64,000 bases of DNA, taken from assembly GCA_965249135.1 (NCBI GenBank), contig OZ252220.1:1728001-1792000 (forward strand), written 5' to 3'. The stretch comes from Alphaproteobacteria bacterium (GTDB taxonomy: Bacteria; Pseudomonadota; Alphaproteobacteria; GCA-2746255). Both the position numbers and the translations under genes were made by a program. Shown here piece by piece: positions 29,737-40,666 of the stretch. The notes beneath the pieces were generated by a model. The model saw nothing but the letters and a program-made list of their open reading frames with translations, made no database searches and was not told the DNA's origin. Positions within the stretch are counted from its first letter, which is position 1, and each line of letters starts with the position of its first letter.

Positions 29737-30933
29737 ATGACGGAGCGGAAGCCAAATCAGGAAAACTGGCGGCTCAGCACAAAACTCGTCCGCGGCGGGC
29801 AGCGACGCACGCAGTTTCAGGAAACCTGCGAAGCGTTGTTCCTTACCTCTGGCTATGTGTACGACGAGGCCGTGCAGGCCGAACTTGCCTTTAAGGGGGA
29901 ACTGGACCGTTACATCTATTCCCGTTTCAAGAATCCGACGGTTGCCATGTTCGAGGAGCGGATGGCGCTTCTGGAAGGGGCGGAGGTCTGCCATGGGACG
30001 GCGACCGGGATGGCAGCCGTCTTCAGCACGCTGGCCGGTTACTTGCGTGCGGGCGATCGGCTCGTCGTCTCGCGTGCCCTCTTCGGGGCCTGTCGCTACG
30101 TGGCCTGTGAGGTCATGCCGCATTACGGGATCGACGTTCAAGTGGTCGATGGTACGGATCTGGACCAGTGGAAAGAGGCCCTTAGCCGTGAAACGAAAAT
30201 GGTGTTTATCGAATCTCCGTCGAATCCGACGCTTGAGATCATCGATATTAAAGCCGTGGCGGATCTTGCGCACAAGGCGGGCGCAAAATTTATTGTCGAT
30301 AACGTTTTCGCGACGCCGGTCCTACAGTCTCCCTTCGAACTTGGCGCCGACATTGTCGTCTATTCCGCCACGAAGCACATCGATGGACAGGGCAGATGTA
30401 TGGGAGGCGCCATCCTGTGTGACGCGGAATTTTCAGATGAGAACTATGCACGCTTTTTACGGAATACAGGACCTGCCTTAAGTCCGTTTAATGCTTGGCT
30501 GCTCTTAAAGGGTTTGGAGACGTTGACGCTTCGTGTCGAGAAGCATTGCGAAAATACGCGCGAGATAGCGAGCTATCTGGAAAAGGCGAAGGTGGTCACA
30601 AAGCTTTACTACCCTGGGTTTTCGAGTCACCCACAGCACGCGCTTGCGAAGGCTCAGATGCGGGACTTCGGAAATATCATTGCGTTTGAGATCGACGGCG
30701 GAAAAAAGGAGGCTTTTCGCTTTCTTGATTCACTTAAACTGATCGACATCTCCAACAATCTTGGAGATACAAAAAGCCTGATCACGCATCCTGCAACGAC
30801 GACGCATCAAAACGTTGAAGAAGAAGAGCGTCTTCGCATGGGCGTCGGTGAGAATCTGATACGAATTTCCGTCGGTCTCGAGGACCCGGAAGATCTGAAG
30901 GAGGACTTGGCCCAAGCCTTCAAGACGCTTTAG
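29737..30933 (+). CDS. metZ: O-succinylhomoserine sulfhydrylase
   Basis: EALFLTSGY, YSRFKNPTV, ESPSNP, YSATKHIDGQGR, SNNLGD, HPATTTH; GAGGAG SD before ATG 29737. Confidence 0.93.
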   Translation: MTERKPNQENWRLSTKLVRGGQRRTQFQETCEALFLTSGYVYDEAVQAELAFKGELDRYIYSRFKNPTVAMFEERMALLEGAEVCHGTATGMAAVFSTLAGYLRAGDRLVVSRALFGACRYVACEVMPHYGIDVQVVDGTDLDQWKEALSRETKMVFIESPSNPTLEIIDIKAVADLAHKAGAKFIVDNVFATPVLQSPFELGADIVVYSATKHIDGQGRCMGGAILCDAEFSDENYARFLRNTGPALSPFNAWLLLKGLETLTLRVEKHCENTREIASYLEKAKVVTKLYYPGFSSHPQHALAKAQMRDFGNIIAFEIDGGKKEAFRFLDSLKLIDISNNLGDTKSLITHPATTTHQNVEEEERLRMGVGENLIRISVGLEDPEDLKEDLAQAFKTL

Positions 30934-31029
30934 GAAAGGTTGGGCTTTTCTGCTTACACTGGACATCATCGGCCCGCTCCGTAGAATAACGGGGCCAAAG
31001 TTCCGCGATCGAAGACCACAGGAAGGCGA

Positions 31030-31422
31030 ATGTACACGGAAACGACCCGCTCGATCGAAGTCACGGTGGAACCCGTCTATCTCGAAGATCAATCCACTCC
31101 GGAGGAGGGGCACTTCGTCTGGGCCTACCGTGTGCGAATCCAAAATCGCAGCAAGAAGACCGTCCAGTTGCTGAACCGCTATTGGCGGATCACGGACGCA
31201 CAGGGGCGGACCCAGGAGGTGCGTGGCGCTGGGGTCGTCGGCGAGCAGCCGGTCCTGCACCCTGGCGAGGCCTTTGAATACACGAGTGGCACGCCGCTTC
31301 GTACATCCAATGGGTTTATGGTGGGTTCCTACGAAATGGAATCGGAGGCGGGCGAATCCTTTGATATTGCCATTCCGGCCTTCTCCCTTGATTCGCCCCA
31401 TGATGAGGCGCGACTGCACTAA
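31030..31422 (+). CDS. apaG: ApaG protein
   Basis: [34 protein letters not shown]. Confidence 0.94.
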   Translation: MYTETTRSIEVTVEPVYLEDQSTPEEGHFVWAYRVRIQNRSKKTVQLLNRYWRITDAQGRTQEVRGAGVVGEQPVLHPGEAFEYTSGTPLRTSNGFMVGSYEMESEAGESFDIAIPAFSLDSPHDEARLH

Positions 31423-31479
31423 CGCTTGAGCCCGACCATCCCCATCTAACTCTTAAGAACGATAAAGGAAGAAGCCGTC

Positions 31480-32121
31480 ATGAGTTCGAAGTCGACCACG
31501 TCCCGCCGCCCGCTCGGCATTGCCCATCCGCAGCCTACGAAGGAGGAAGCGGAAGAGGCGGTGCGCACACTGATTCGTTGGGCCGGGGATGATCCATCCC
31601 GGGAGGGTCTTCAGGGAACGCCGGGTCGTGTGACTCGCTCCTACCGCGAGTTCTTTTCCGGTTATGAGGAAGACCCGGTCGAACTCCTCCAGCGGACCTT
31701 TGAGGAAACGGATGGCTACGACGAAATGGTCATCCTGCGCGACATCCGATTCGAGTCCCATTGCGAGCATCACCTTGCCCCGATCATCGGCGTTGTCCAC
31801 GTTGCCTATCTTCCGAATCATCGAATCATCGGGATCAGCAAGCTCGCCCGTGTCATCGAGGTCTATGCAAAGCGCATGCAGATTCAGGAAAAGATGACGG
31901 TACAGATCGCAAGCGCCATCCATGAAGTTCTGGAGCCGAAGGGCGTAGCCGTCGTGATCGAAGCGGAACATCACTGCATGACGACGCGCGGCATCCACAA
32001 GCCTGGTGTGGCGATGATCACCAGTCACATGCTCGGTGCCTTTCGGGACAATCCGACGACTCGTCGTGAATTCCTGGCGATGATCGGCCAGCCACGGGTC
32101 ACCCAGTCCATTGGCTCTTGA
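31480..32121 (+). CDS. folE: GTP cyclohydrolase I
   Basis: [37 protein letters not shown]. Confidence 0.96.
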   Translation: MSSKSTTSRRPLGIAHPQPTKEEAEEAVRTLIRWAGDDPSREGLQGTPGRVTRSYREFFSGYEEDPVELLQRTFEETDGYDEMVILRDIRFESHCEHHLAPIIGVVHVAYLPNHRIIGISKLARVIEVYAKRMQIQEKMTVQIASAIHEVLEPKGVAVVIEAEHHCMTTRGIHKPGVAMITSHMLGAFRDNPTTRREFLAMIGQPRVTQSIGS

Positions 32122-32214
32122 TCCGTGAGGACCGGATAACCCCGGACTGGACAAGGAGTCCGGATTTCTTAAATGCTCCCTTCCATTCAGTTTGAAAACT
32201 GAGGCGGGTTTGAT

Positions 32215-33663
32215 TTGCTAGATTTCCGACCCATTCTTTTTGTCATTGGCCTGCTGCTCACGACCATTGCGGTGGCGATGGGCATACCGGCCGTCGTCGA
32301 CGTGTTGGCTGGTCATTCGGACTGGCAGGTCTTTGCCATTTCCTCGGCCTTGACGCTTTTTATCGGGGTCTCGCTGACCCTAGCCGGCCGCGCGGCCGAG
32401 ATGCGGCTCACGATCCGTCAGACCTTTCTGTTGACGACGCTCAGCTGGGTTGCAATCGCAATTTTTGCGGCCTTGCCGCTTGCCTTCTCGGATTTGGACC
32501 TCTCCTATACGGATGCGTTCTTCGAAGCGATGTCGGGTCTTACGACGACGGGATCAACGGTCATCGCCGGACTCGACAACGCACCACCCGGAATCCTGCT
32601 TTGGCGGGCGCTCCTGCAATGGCTCGGCGGGGTTGGTATCATCGTCATGGCGGTAGCGGTGTTGCCGGTCCTGCAGGTGGGTGGCATGCAGCTTTTCCAG
32701 ACGGAATCCTCGGACACGTCCGAGAAGGTGTTGCCCCGGATCGCCCAGATCATTACCGGCATTTCGGTGATCTATATCGGTTTGACCTCGATCTGTGCGC
32801 TTTTCCTTTGGATATGGGGCATGAGCGGGTTCGAGGCCGTCGTCCATGCCATGACGACGATTGCAACCGGTGGATTCTCGACTTCGGACGGATCCATCGC
32901 CCATTTCAGTAGCGCCGCAATCGACTGGACGATCACCATTTTCATGGTGCTTTCCGGCTTGCCGTTTGTCCTCTATCTGCAGACGGTTCGCGGCAACCTG
33001 CTGGTCCTTCTCAGGGATGGCCAAGTCCGCTGGTTCCTGGGCGCCATCCTCATTTATGTGATCGTCATGGCGGGGTGGCTGTGGGAAGCCCATGACTATG
33101 CGATCGGGGAATCCCTTCGCTATTCCGCGTTCAACGTCATTTCCATCATGACGGGAACCGGCTACTCGACGGCAAGCTTCGATCTCTGGGGAAGCTTTGC
33201 GCTGGTCATTTTCTTTCTTCTCATGTTCGTGGGCGGTTGCGCGGGCTCGACCACCTGCAGCATTAAAATCTTCCGCTACCAAGTGCTTTACGCCGCGATG
33301 AAAGCGCAAACCAAGCGTCTGATTCATCCCCATGGCGTGTTCGTTCCCTACTACAATCGTCATCCGATTCCGGAATCGGTTATTTTTTCGGTCCTAAGCT
33401 TCATCTTCCTTTTCATGATGTGCTTCGTAGCGTTGGCGGCAGCTCTTGGCTTGCTCGGCCTCGATTTTCTGACGGCGGTTTCGGGCGCGGCGACGGCGAT
33501 CACGAATGTCGGGCCGGGGCTGGGGAATCTGATCGGGCCGGACGGAAACTTCGCCTTCCTTCCGGACGCCGCGAAGTGGTTGCTGGCAGCAGGCATGCTG
33601 CTTGGCCGGCTCGAACTGTTCACGGTATTGGTGTTGTTCGCGCCTGGCTTCTGGCGTGATTGA
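32215..33663 (+). CDS. trkH: Trk potassium uptake membrane protein
   Basis: FEAMSGLTTTG, QWLGGVG, ATGGFS, GGCAGST, NVGPG, GRLE. Confidence 0.95.
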   Translation: MLDFRPILFVIGLLLTTIAVAMGIPAVVDVLAGHSDWQVFAISSALTLFIGVSLTLAGRAAEMRLTIRQTFLLTTLSWVAIAIFAALPLAFSDLDLSYTDAFFEAMSGLTTTGSTVIAGLDNAPPGILLWRALLQWLGGVGIIVMAVAVLPVLQVGGMQLFQTESSDTSEKVLPRIAQIITGISVIYIGLTSICALFLWIWGMSGFEAVVHAMTTIATGGFSTSDGSIAHFSSAAIDWTITIFMVLSGLPFVLYLQTVRGNLLVLLRDGQVRWFLGAILIYVIVMAGWLWEAHDYAIGESLRYSAFNVISIMTGTGYSTASFDLWGSFALVIFFLLMFVGGCAGSTTCSIKIFRYQVLYAAMKAQTKRLIHPHGVFVPYYNRHPIPESVIFSVLSFIFLFMMCFVALAAALGLLGLDFLTAVSGAATAITNVGPGLGNLIGPDGNFAFLPDAAKWLLAAGMLLGRLELFTVLVLFAPGFWRD

Positions 33664-33674
33664 GGTGCCGTGCC

Positions 33675-34271
33675 TTAACGCAGGAAGTCGGAGAAGTGGC
33701 CGCGAATGGCCGTTTCCATCTCTTGGTCGAAACTTTTCAGAAGGTTTTCCGTCAGCCCGAACCAGTAGCCTTCGCGCTCATTGATACTCATGTTTTCCGG
33801 GACGGTCTGGGTGTAATGGGCTTTGGCTTCCGCAAAAGCGAGCCGTTTTCCCTTTCCATCGACGATTTCAAGTAGGACATCGAGCGTTGCCTCGTAGCGG
33901 GCCCCTTGATCGACGGTGAAGTAACCCAAAAGACCGCCGGTGGTGGAGAGCTTTTCTTCAACCACCTTGGCATCGCGAATGATGAAGCGGGCGATCGCCG
34001 GTCCCGCCGACGCCTGAAGCCGTTCTTCCGCCCAGTGTTTTGCAGCCTCCATCGGCGAAGTAGGCAGACGATGCTCGATGTTTGGTGCGCGCATCGGCGG
34101 TGCATAGGCATAAACGATCTCGATCCGATCCACTCCAAGACGGATCGGCGAAAGGTGCGCAAAGGTGAGCTCTGGCTGGTGGCCGGTCGGTGGCGGCGTG
34201 GTGCAGGCGGATAGGATAACCAAGCCCATGCAGACGAGAAAGCCGGCAAGCAAGCCACGCCCCTGCGCCAT
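33675..34271 (-). CDS. Hypothetical lipoprotein
   Basis: Signal peptide with lipobox LSAC; co-oriented directly after argF. Confidence 0.7.
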   Translation of the reverse strand: MAQGRGLLAGFLVCMGLVILSACTTPPPTGHQPELTFAHLSPIRLGVDRIEIVYAYAPPMRAPNIEHRLPTSPMEAAKHWAEERLQASAGPAIARFIIRDAKVVEEKLSTTGGLLGYFTVDQGARYEATLDVLLEIVDGKGKRLAFAEAKAHYTQTVPENMSINEREGYWFGLTENLLKSFDQEMETAIRGHFSDFLR

Positions 34272-34282
34272 CTCTCGCCTCC

Positions 34283-35182
34283 TTACACCAGGCACCAGGT
34301 GAGGATCCCTTTTTGGGCATGGAGGCGGTTTTCCGCTTCGTCCCAGACCACGGATTGCGGCCCATCCAATACGGAGGCGGTGACTTCCTCGCCGCGATGG
34401 GCGGGCAGACAGTGCATGAAAATTGCCTCCGCCTTCGCCGCCTTCATCAAGGCATCGTTCACCTGATAGGGGACCAGCAGCTTGCGCGCCGCTTCATCGT
34501 TTGATTGGCCCATCGAGAACCAAGTGTCCGTCACGACGCAGTCCGCATCGGCGACGGCGGCCTTTGGATCGTCGAAGACGCTCACCCGTCCACCCTCTTG
34601 GCTTGCCCAGTCCAACAGGGCTTTTGCAGGCAAGTGTGACGTCGGGCAGGCCAGGCGAAGCTCGAAATCGAACCGCAAGCTTGCCTGAATCCAGGTCGAG
34701 GCGACGTTGTTGCCATCCCCACACCACACCACGACCTTGTCGGCGATGGGTCCACGGTGCTCTTCGAAAGTCATCACATCCGCCATCAGTTGGCAGGGAT
34801 GACTCGTGTCCGTAAGTCCATTGATGACGGGGACGCTAGCGTGTTCCGCCATCTCAAGAAGGTTCTTCTCTTGGGAGGTCCTAAACATGATGGCGTCCAC
34901 ATAGCGCGACAGCACCCGAGCGGTGTCCGCGATCGTCTCGCCACGACCGAGCTGCGAATCATCCTGGGTAAGGGATACGATTTCACCGCCTAAGGCCTGC
35001 ATGCCGACTTGGAAAGAGATGCGGGTCCGCGTCGATGGCTTTTCGAAGACGAGCGCCAGCGTCCTGCCCTTCAACGAAGGCGCCTTCCCGTCGCCTTTGT
35101 AGGCGACGGCGCGATCGAGGACGTCGCGCAAGGTTGCGCGGTCCAACCCGCGAAGGTCGAGGAAGTGGCGAGGCGCGCTCAT
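34283..35182 (-). CDS. argF: Ornithine carbamoyltransferase
   Basis: [35 protein letters not shown]. Confidence 0.97.
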   Translation of the reverse strand: MSAPRHFLDLRGLDRATLRDVLDRAVAYKGDGKAPSLKGRTLALVFEKPSTRTRISFQVGMQALGGEIVSLTQDDSQLGRGETIADTARVLSRYVDAIMFRTSQEKNLLEMAEHASVPVINGLTDTSHPCQLMADVMTFEEHRGPIADKVVVWCGDGNNVASTWIQASLRFDFELRLACPTSHLPAKALLDWASQEGGRVSVFDDPKAAVADADCVVTDTWFSMGQSNDEAARKLLVPYQVNDALMKAAKAEAIFMHCLPAHRGEEVTASVLDGPQSVVWDEAENRLHAQKGILTWCLV

Positions 35183-36348
35183 GCGACCTCCGAGCCGACG
35201 CGTTCGAGAATGGTCACGGCTTCATCGACATGCGCCTCTCCGATGATGAGGGGTGGCAAGAGCCGCACGACATTGTCACCGGCGGCGATGGTCAACAACC
35301 CTTCCTGCCGGAAGGCAGCCATCAGCTCACGGCATGGAGGCACCGTCTTCAATCCGATCATGAGCCCCATGCCCCGGACCTCCGTGAAGGCCTTCGGTGT
35401 GGCCCTAACAAGTTTTTCCAAGCGTTCGAAAAGCGCACGACCCATCCGCTGGACGTGCGAGAGGAATCCCTCCGCCAGGAGTTCGTCCAGAACGGCGTTC
35501 GCCACCGCCATCGCCAGTGGATTCCCGCCGAAGGTGCTGCCATGGCTTCCCGCCGTCATCGCACCGGCTGCCTTTTCGTTCGCCAAACAGGCGCCGATCG
35601 GAAAGCCGCCGCCCAACCCCTTCGCGGTGGCCAGGATATCCGGGGTGATGCCCGCCCATTCATGGGCGAACAATTTACCGGTCCGGCCCATGCCGCATTG
35701 CACTTCATCTAGAAAGAGAAGCAGGCTGAACTCATCGGCAACACTGCGCAAATTTTGCAGATCCTCCATGTCAAGCACCCGCACGCCCCCTTCGCCCTGA
35801 ACGGGTTCGACGAGGATCGCCGCCGTTTCCGGGCGGATTGCCGCCTTCAAGGCATTCATGTTCTTGAACGGCACTTGGTCGAAGCCATCCACCGGCGGCC
35901 CGAAACCCTCCAGATGTTTCGACTGGCCTCCGGCGGCAATGGTGGCCAGGGTCCGGCCATGGAAGGCGCCTTCGAAGGTGAGGATGCGATACCGCTCGGG
36001 TGCGCCGTTGCCATGGTGATAGCGGCGCGCCATCTTTATCCCGCACTCGATGGCCTCTGCGCCGGAATTGCAGAAGAAGACGGAGTCGGCAAAACTCGCC
36101 GCGATAAGCCGCTCGGCAAGCCGTTCCTGATCCGGGATTCGGTAGAGGTTCGCACAATGCCAAAGTTTTTCCGCCTGCTCGCACAGCGCGCGGACGAGCT
36201 TCGGATGCGAGTGGCCCAGCGCATCGACCCCGATGCCGGAGGCGAAGTCCAGATACTGCCGACCTTCCGTGTCGAAGAGGTAAACCCCTTCGCCCCGTTC
36301 GAACGCGACATCGGCCGGCGCATAGGTTGGCAAAACCGCAGGAATCAC
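35179..36348 (-). CDS. argD: Acetylornithine aminotransferase
   Basis: [38 protein letters not shown]; coupled to argF. Confidence 0.95.
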   Translation of the reverse strand: MIPAVLPTYAPADVAFERGEGVYLFDTEGRQYLDFASGIGVDALGHSHPKLVRALCEQAEKLWHCANLYRIPDQERLAERLIAASFADSVFFCNSGAEAIECGIKMARRYHHGNGAPERYRILTFEGAFHGRTLATIAAGGQSKHLEGFGPPVDGFDQVPFKNMNALKAAIRPETAAILVEPVQGEGGVRVLDMEDLQNLRSVADEFSLLLFLDEVQCGMGRTGKLFAHEWAGITPDILATAKGLGGGFPIGACLANEKAAGAMTAGSHGSTFGGNPLAMAVANAVLDELLAEGFLSHVQRMGRALFERLEKLVRATPKAFTEVRGMGLMIGLKTVPPCRELMAAFRQEGLLTIAAGDNVVRLLPPLIIGEAHVDEAVTILERVGSEVA

Positions 36349-36487
36349 TTTTCCCTCCCAAGAAGCACGCGGCTTGGGAACAAGGCTTCTTCCAAGTTCA
36401 CGAAAAGCCGGAGAGTATCTTGCCTGCCATGCTCGCTGTCAACGCGAGGTATGGAAGAAAGGGGATTTTTTCTGCGGTTCGCGACCC

Positions 36488-37303
36488 TCATGATTTCAGC
36501 TTATAGCCCGTCTTGAACATCCGATGGCAGAGAAACAGCAGGGCAAGGCTGACCAGCGTGAGCGTGGCAATCCCGACCCCGAGCGATCCATCCGAATGGC
36601 CAGTCATGCCATAGCGGAAGCCATCGATCGCATAGAAAAAAGGGTTCGCCGTTGCCAACCACTGCCAGGCACCCGGAAGCCGTTCGATCGAATAAAACGT
36701 GCCCGAAAGAAAGGCGAGCGGCATCACGACGAAATTCGTCACCGCCGCGATATGGTCGAATTTTTCCGCCCAGATTCCAAAGATGGTGCCGAGCAGGGAA
36801 AGCACCATCGACGCCGCGAAGGCGTGAAAGAGCAGAAAGAAAACGTTATGAACGTGAAAACCTACGAACGGAACGAGGGCCGCTGTCGTTACGATCCCGA
36901 CAAGGATGCCACGCACGACACCGCCCAACACATAGCCGATCGTGAGTTCGACGGGGCTTAAGGGCGGCATGAGGATGTCGACGATGTTGCCCTGGATTTT
37001 CGCGATCATCAGCGAGGAAGAGGTGTTCGCAAAAGCGTTCTGGATCATCGACATCATGACGAGGCCCGGGGCCAGAAACAGGGCGAAGGGAAGCCCGCTT
37101 GTCACCTCTTCCCGCCGGCCCAGGGCAAGCGTGAAAATCGCGAAGAAAATCAATGCCGTAACAACAGGTGCGATGATCGTCTGGGTGTAGACCTTCAGGA
37201 AACGTTGGACCTCGCGCGCGCAAAGCGTCCACAGGCCTAGCCAGTTGACCGGTCCGGAAAGACGGGATTCGAATGGCATTGTAGGGTGCGTCTCTTCAGG
37301 CAT
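36488..37303 (-). CDS. ABC-2 type transporter permease (YadH-like)
   Basis: REVQRF, QTIIAP, APGL, QNAFANTSSS, FLSGTFY, NPFFY, GYKLK; start uncertain (37303 or 37279). Confidence 0.88.
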   Translation of the reverse strand: MPEETHPTMPFESRLSGPVNWLGLWTLCAREVQRFLKVYTQTIIAPVVTALIFFAIFTLALGRREEVTSGLPFALFLAPGLVMMSMIQNAFANTSSSLMIAKIQGNIVDILMPPLSPVELTIGYVLGGVVRGILVGIVTTAALVPFVGFHVHNVFFLLFHAFAASMVLSLLGTIFGIWAEKFDHIAAVTNFVVMPLAFLSGTFYSIERLPGAWQWLATANPFFYAIDGFRYGMTGHSDGSLGVGIATLTLVSLALLFLCHRMFKTGYKLKS

Positions 37304-37328
37304 TGACAGCTGGGTGCCAAGATAGGGA

Positions 37329-37997
37329 GTGACGGAACTTCCCGCAAGCGGCTGGCGGGAGGTGGAAGGGCATGGCATGCTTCGCCGGATGATGATCGGC
37401 CAACGAGATGGGACGCAGAAACGCAAAGGGCGAAAGCCCTCTCGCGGCCCGCGCCGTATCACACCCATCTATTTGGAGAATGCCGCTCTTTTTTATCTCG
37501 AACGCTATTCAGCTTCCGTAGCGCATTTTCGTCGCATTCTGATGAATAAGGTCCGTCGCTCCGCCCGCTTTCACGGAACGGATATCGAGGAAGGGGCGAG
37601 GATCATAGAAAACCTTATCGAGCGTTATCAGCGAAGCGGCCTCCTCGACGACGATCGGTATGCGGAGGTGAAGGCGCGGTACTTTCACGGACGCGGCACC
37701 GCCATCCGTGGCATCCAGGCAAAGCTTCGGGAAAAGAGGGTCGCGGACGCCGCGATTGAGGGGGCGGTTGCGAAGCTTCACGAGGCGACAGCCAGCCCAG
37801 ACCTTGTGGCCGCCGCCGCCTATGTGCGCCGGCGGCGTTTCGGCCCCTACCGCGGAAGCGAAAAGCGACCCGAGCACTTCAAGCGGGATCTCGCCGCCCT
37901 TGGCCGGTCCGGCTTTTCTTACGAGGTGGCACGTCAGGTTCTGGAGGCGGAAAGCGTCGATGCGCTGGAGGCGCTTCTCGCCGAAGAAGAGGCTTAG
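37329..37997 (+). CDS. recX: RecX family regulatory protein
   Basis: ALFYLERY, GLLDDDRYA, RRRRFGPY, LAALGRSGFSY; true start probably further downstream. Confidence 0.82.
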   Translation: MTELPASGWREVEGHGMLRRMMIGQRDGTQKRKGRKPSRGPRRITPIYLENAALFYLERYSASVAHFRRILMNKVRRSARFHGTDIEEGARIIENLIERYQRSGLLDDDRYAEVKARYFHGRGTAIRGIQAKLREKRVADAAIEGAVAKLHEATASPDLVAAAAYVRRRRFGPYRGSEKRPEHFKRDLAALGRSGFSYEVARQVLEAESVDALEALLAEEEA

Positions 37998-40303
37998 TAA
38001 TCGGTGCCGGCGTCATCGGCGTCGCCGCCACGGCCACCGCCTTTTCGTTTGCCCTTCGACGCCGGAGGCGCTTTCGGCGGACGGCCCAAGCCCTTGAAAA
38101 CGCGGTTCGCTTCGCCCTGATAGACCGTGCGATGGGGGAAGGGGATCTCGATCCCCAATTCGTCGAAGCGGCTTTTCATACGGCGGTTGAACTCACGCCC
38201 CACCGACCATTGCTGAAGCGGCTCCGTCTTCATGCGGGCCTTGATGACGACGGCCGAATCGTCGAACCGATCCAGCCCTAGCACTTCCAACGGTTCCAGG
38301 ATCCGATCGGCGAAGGCTGCATCCGCCTGCATCTCGGCGGCGATGTCTTCGAGCACCGGAATGACGGCGTCGACGTCCTCCCGGTAGCCGATGCCGATCT
38401 CAAACAATGCATAGGAATAGTCCTTCGTCATGTTGAGAACGGTATCGACGGTGCTGAAGGGGATCGTATGCACATTTCCGCCCAGGTCCCGAAGGCGGAT
38501 GGTCCGGATCGTGAGTCCCTCGACGCGCCCGGCGTGCGAACCAATCTGCACGACGTCGCCAACGGCGATTTGATCCTCCATCAGGATGAAAACGCCCGTG
38601 ATCACGTCCTTGACGAGCGTCTGGGCACCGAAACCGAAGGCAAGGCCGACCACACCGGCGCCGGCGATCAGTGGCGCGATGTTGAGGCCAAGCTCGGAAA
38701 GCACGATCATTGTCGCGACGATCGCGATGACGACGAGGATTACCATCCGGAACAGCGGCAGCAGCGTTTGCTCCCGCGCCTTGGCGGCCGCACTCTTCCG
38801 GTCGGATTTTTCGAGCTGCCGCTCGACGAAGGCGGTCACGAACTCCGAGAGAAGCGCGGCTGCGAAGAGAACGATGGCGATCGTCGCGAGCGTCGCGAGG
38901 ACGCGTCGGCCAAGCTCGGTGGTGACCCAGGTGGACACGTCGATCCCCCAGGATTCGAACAGCGCCAATACTGCCACGATCAGAACGCCATAGCGGGCCA
39001 CGTAATGAAGGACGGCGAGGTAGCGGTTGGCCCGTTCCTCGAGACCCGGTACGCCGGTCTTCAGCGCTTCGCTCACCCGGAAGGTGCGATCGATCAGGCG
39101 GTGGAGGATGGCAAGCGCCCCCCACGCCGCCAGCACGACCCCGATGGAAAGGAGCGTCGCCCGTAGGACGAAGGCGAAACCGTCCTCGATCTCGAGCGTC
39201 CATACGGCGAAAACGACGAGGACGTATAGGACGGCAAGGACGTGCCAGATATCCGCGAAACGGTTGCGAAGGCTGCGAAAGGCGGCGTCCTTCGCTTTAA
39301 AGGTGCTTCCGGCATGCCGCAGCCACTCCGCGAAATCCCTCCGGTTCTGGAGGATGAAGATGACGCCCATCACCGCAAGGATGAGGCCGACGATCTTGAC
39401 TAACCCGGCATGGCCGGCGGGCGTCAGGCCGAACGCGAGCGCCGCCGCCAGGATGAAGAAGCCGTAGACGGCGACATAGGTGAACCGCCCGATCCAGATA
39501 TAGATGTAGCGCGCCGTCGCGTCGTTCAAAGGAAGCAGGCGAAGCGAGCTTACATGAGGCACGAGCACCATCCGTGAGGCGGCGAGCAGGGCCCGCGAAA
39601 GGAGGTTGGCATTGATCAGAATCATGACGACGAGGCGCACATCGCCCTCGGCACTTGTGAGCGGCAACACCCCGTAGGCTCCGGCCGCGAAGGCGGTGAT
39701 CGGGAGCAGGTCGAGAACGGTCCGGACGGCGAGCAGCACGATGCGAAGGCTCGTGCTCTCCGTCACGCGGTCCTCGACGGACGCACGCGGACGGGAAAGC
39801 AGGACGCGCACAACCCATTCGGCGATGAGACCGGCCCCAAGCACGGGCACCAGCCAGAGCAGCACGCCGAGCCAGCGCTCGCGGGCGGCTTCGCTCGTCA
39901 CTTGAGTTTTCATCCACTTCAAGACCTTCGGCGCATCCGCCAGTACGGTAAGCGCCCCCTGAAGGTCGGTGCCGACGGTCTGAATGCGCGTAATCAGAAG
40001 ACCAGTGATCCGCGCGCCGATGCTTTCTTCCGGCGCCGTCTCCACTTCTTTCGAGACGGCGGCAAGCGCGCGCAGCCGTTCCAGCAAACGTTCCCGTTCT
40101 TCCTCGTTCTCGAGGGTTTCAAGCAGCGCTTTTGCTTCCGCCGATGTTGCGGCCGGCGCTTCCATCCCCGCCTCCGCCGCAAGGGCGGCAGGGGGCATTC
40201 CGGCAAGGGCGAAGAAAAACAGGCCGGCGAAGAGCCATGAGAGAAAACGTCGCCCACGTCCCGGGATCGCGCTATAAACGCGGAAGATCGAAGGAGAAAT
40301 CAT
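37994..40303 (-). CDS. Mechanosensitive channel, MscS family (YbiO-like, large)
   Basis: Signal peptide, many TM segments, AGAGVVGLAFGFGAQTLVKD, VGDVV, GIEIPFP. Confidence 0.9.
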   Translation of the reverse strand: MISPSIFRVYSAIPGRGRRFLSWLFAGLFFFALAGMPPAALAAEAGMEAPAATSAEAKALLETLENEEERERLLERLRALAAVSKEVETAPEESIGARITGLLITRIQTVGTDLQGALTVLADAPKVLKWMKTQVTSEAARERWLGVLLWLVPVLGAGLIAEWVVRVLLSRPRASVEDRVTESTSLRIVLLAVRTVLDLLPITAFAAGAYGVLPLTSAEGDVRLVVMILINANLLSRALLAASRMVLVPHVSSLRLLPLNDATARYIYIWIGRFTYVAVYGFFILAAALAFGLTPAGHAGLVKIVGLILAVMGVIFILQNRRDFAEWLRHAGSTFKAKDAAFRSLRNRFADIWHVLAVLYVLVVFAVWTLEIEDGFAFVLRATLLSIGVVLAAWGALAILHRLIDRTFRVSEALKTGVPGLEERANRYLAVLHYVARYGVLIVAVLALFESWGIDVSTWVTTELGRRVLATLATIAIVLFAAALLSEFVTAFVERQLEKSDRKSAAAKAREQTLLPLFRMVILVVIAIVATMIVLSELGLNIAPLIAGAGVVGLAFGFGAQTLVKDVITGVFILMEDQIAVGDVVQIGSHAGRVEGLTIRTIRLRDLGGNVHTIPFSTVDTVLNMTKDYSYALFEIGIGYREDVDAVIPVLEDIAAEMQADAAFADRILEPLEVLGLDRFDDSAVVIKARMKTEPLQQWSVGREFNRRMKSRFDELGIEIPFPHRTVYQGEANRVFKGLGRPPKAPPASKGKRKGGGRGGDADDAGTDY

Positions 40304-40643
40304 GTCCGTGACAATTTACCACAATCCTCGGTGTAGTAAATCGCGCGCTACCCTCGAGTTCTTGCGGGAACGCGGAATCAAGCCCGTCGTGATCGAATAC
40401 CTGAAGACACCGCCGACGGCAGCCGAACTGCATCGGCTGTTGGGCCAGCTTGGGCTTCGGGCGAAGGATCTGATTCGGACGAACGAGGAGGAATACGAGG
40501 CGATCAAGGACCTTGATCTGGATGAGGGCGGCCTGATCGCTGCGATGGCGAAACACCCGAAACTGATTCAGCGTCCCATCGTCGTTGCCAATAATCGGGC
40601 GGCCATCGGCCGTCCGCCGGAAAACGTTCTCGAAATTCTCTAA
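40302..40643 (+). CDS. Glutaredoxin-dependent arsenate reductase family (ArsC/YfgD-like)
   Basis: YHNPRCSKSR, LIQRPIV, IGRPPE; AAGGAG SD at 40291-40296. Confidence 0.9.
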   Translation: MSVTIYHNPRCSKSRATLEFLRERGIKPVVIEYLKTPPTAAELHRLLGQLGLRAKDLIRTNEEEYEAIKDLDLDEGGLIAAMAKHPKLIQRPIVVANNRAAIGRPPENVLEIL

Positions 40644-40666
40644 GATTTAAGAGGGGGGACGATAGC

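Noticed and set aside
28566-40643. Arsenic or arsenosugar system formed by the radical SAM gene and the ArsC-like gene
   Set aside because: They are about 11 kb apart, with no arsR, arsM, acr3 or arsB nearby. The resemblance of the radical SAM N-terminus to ArsS is too weak to assign.
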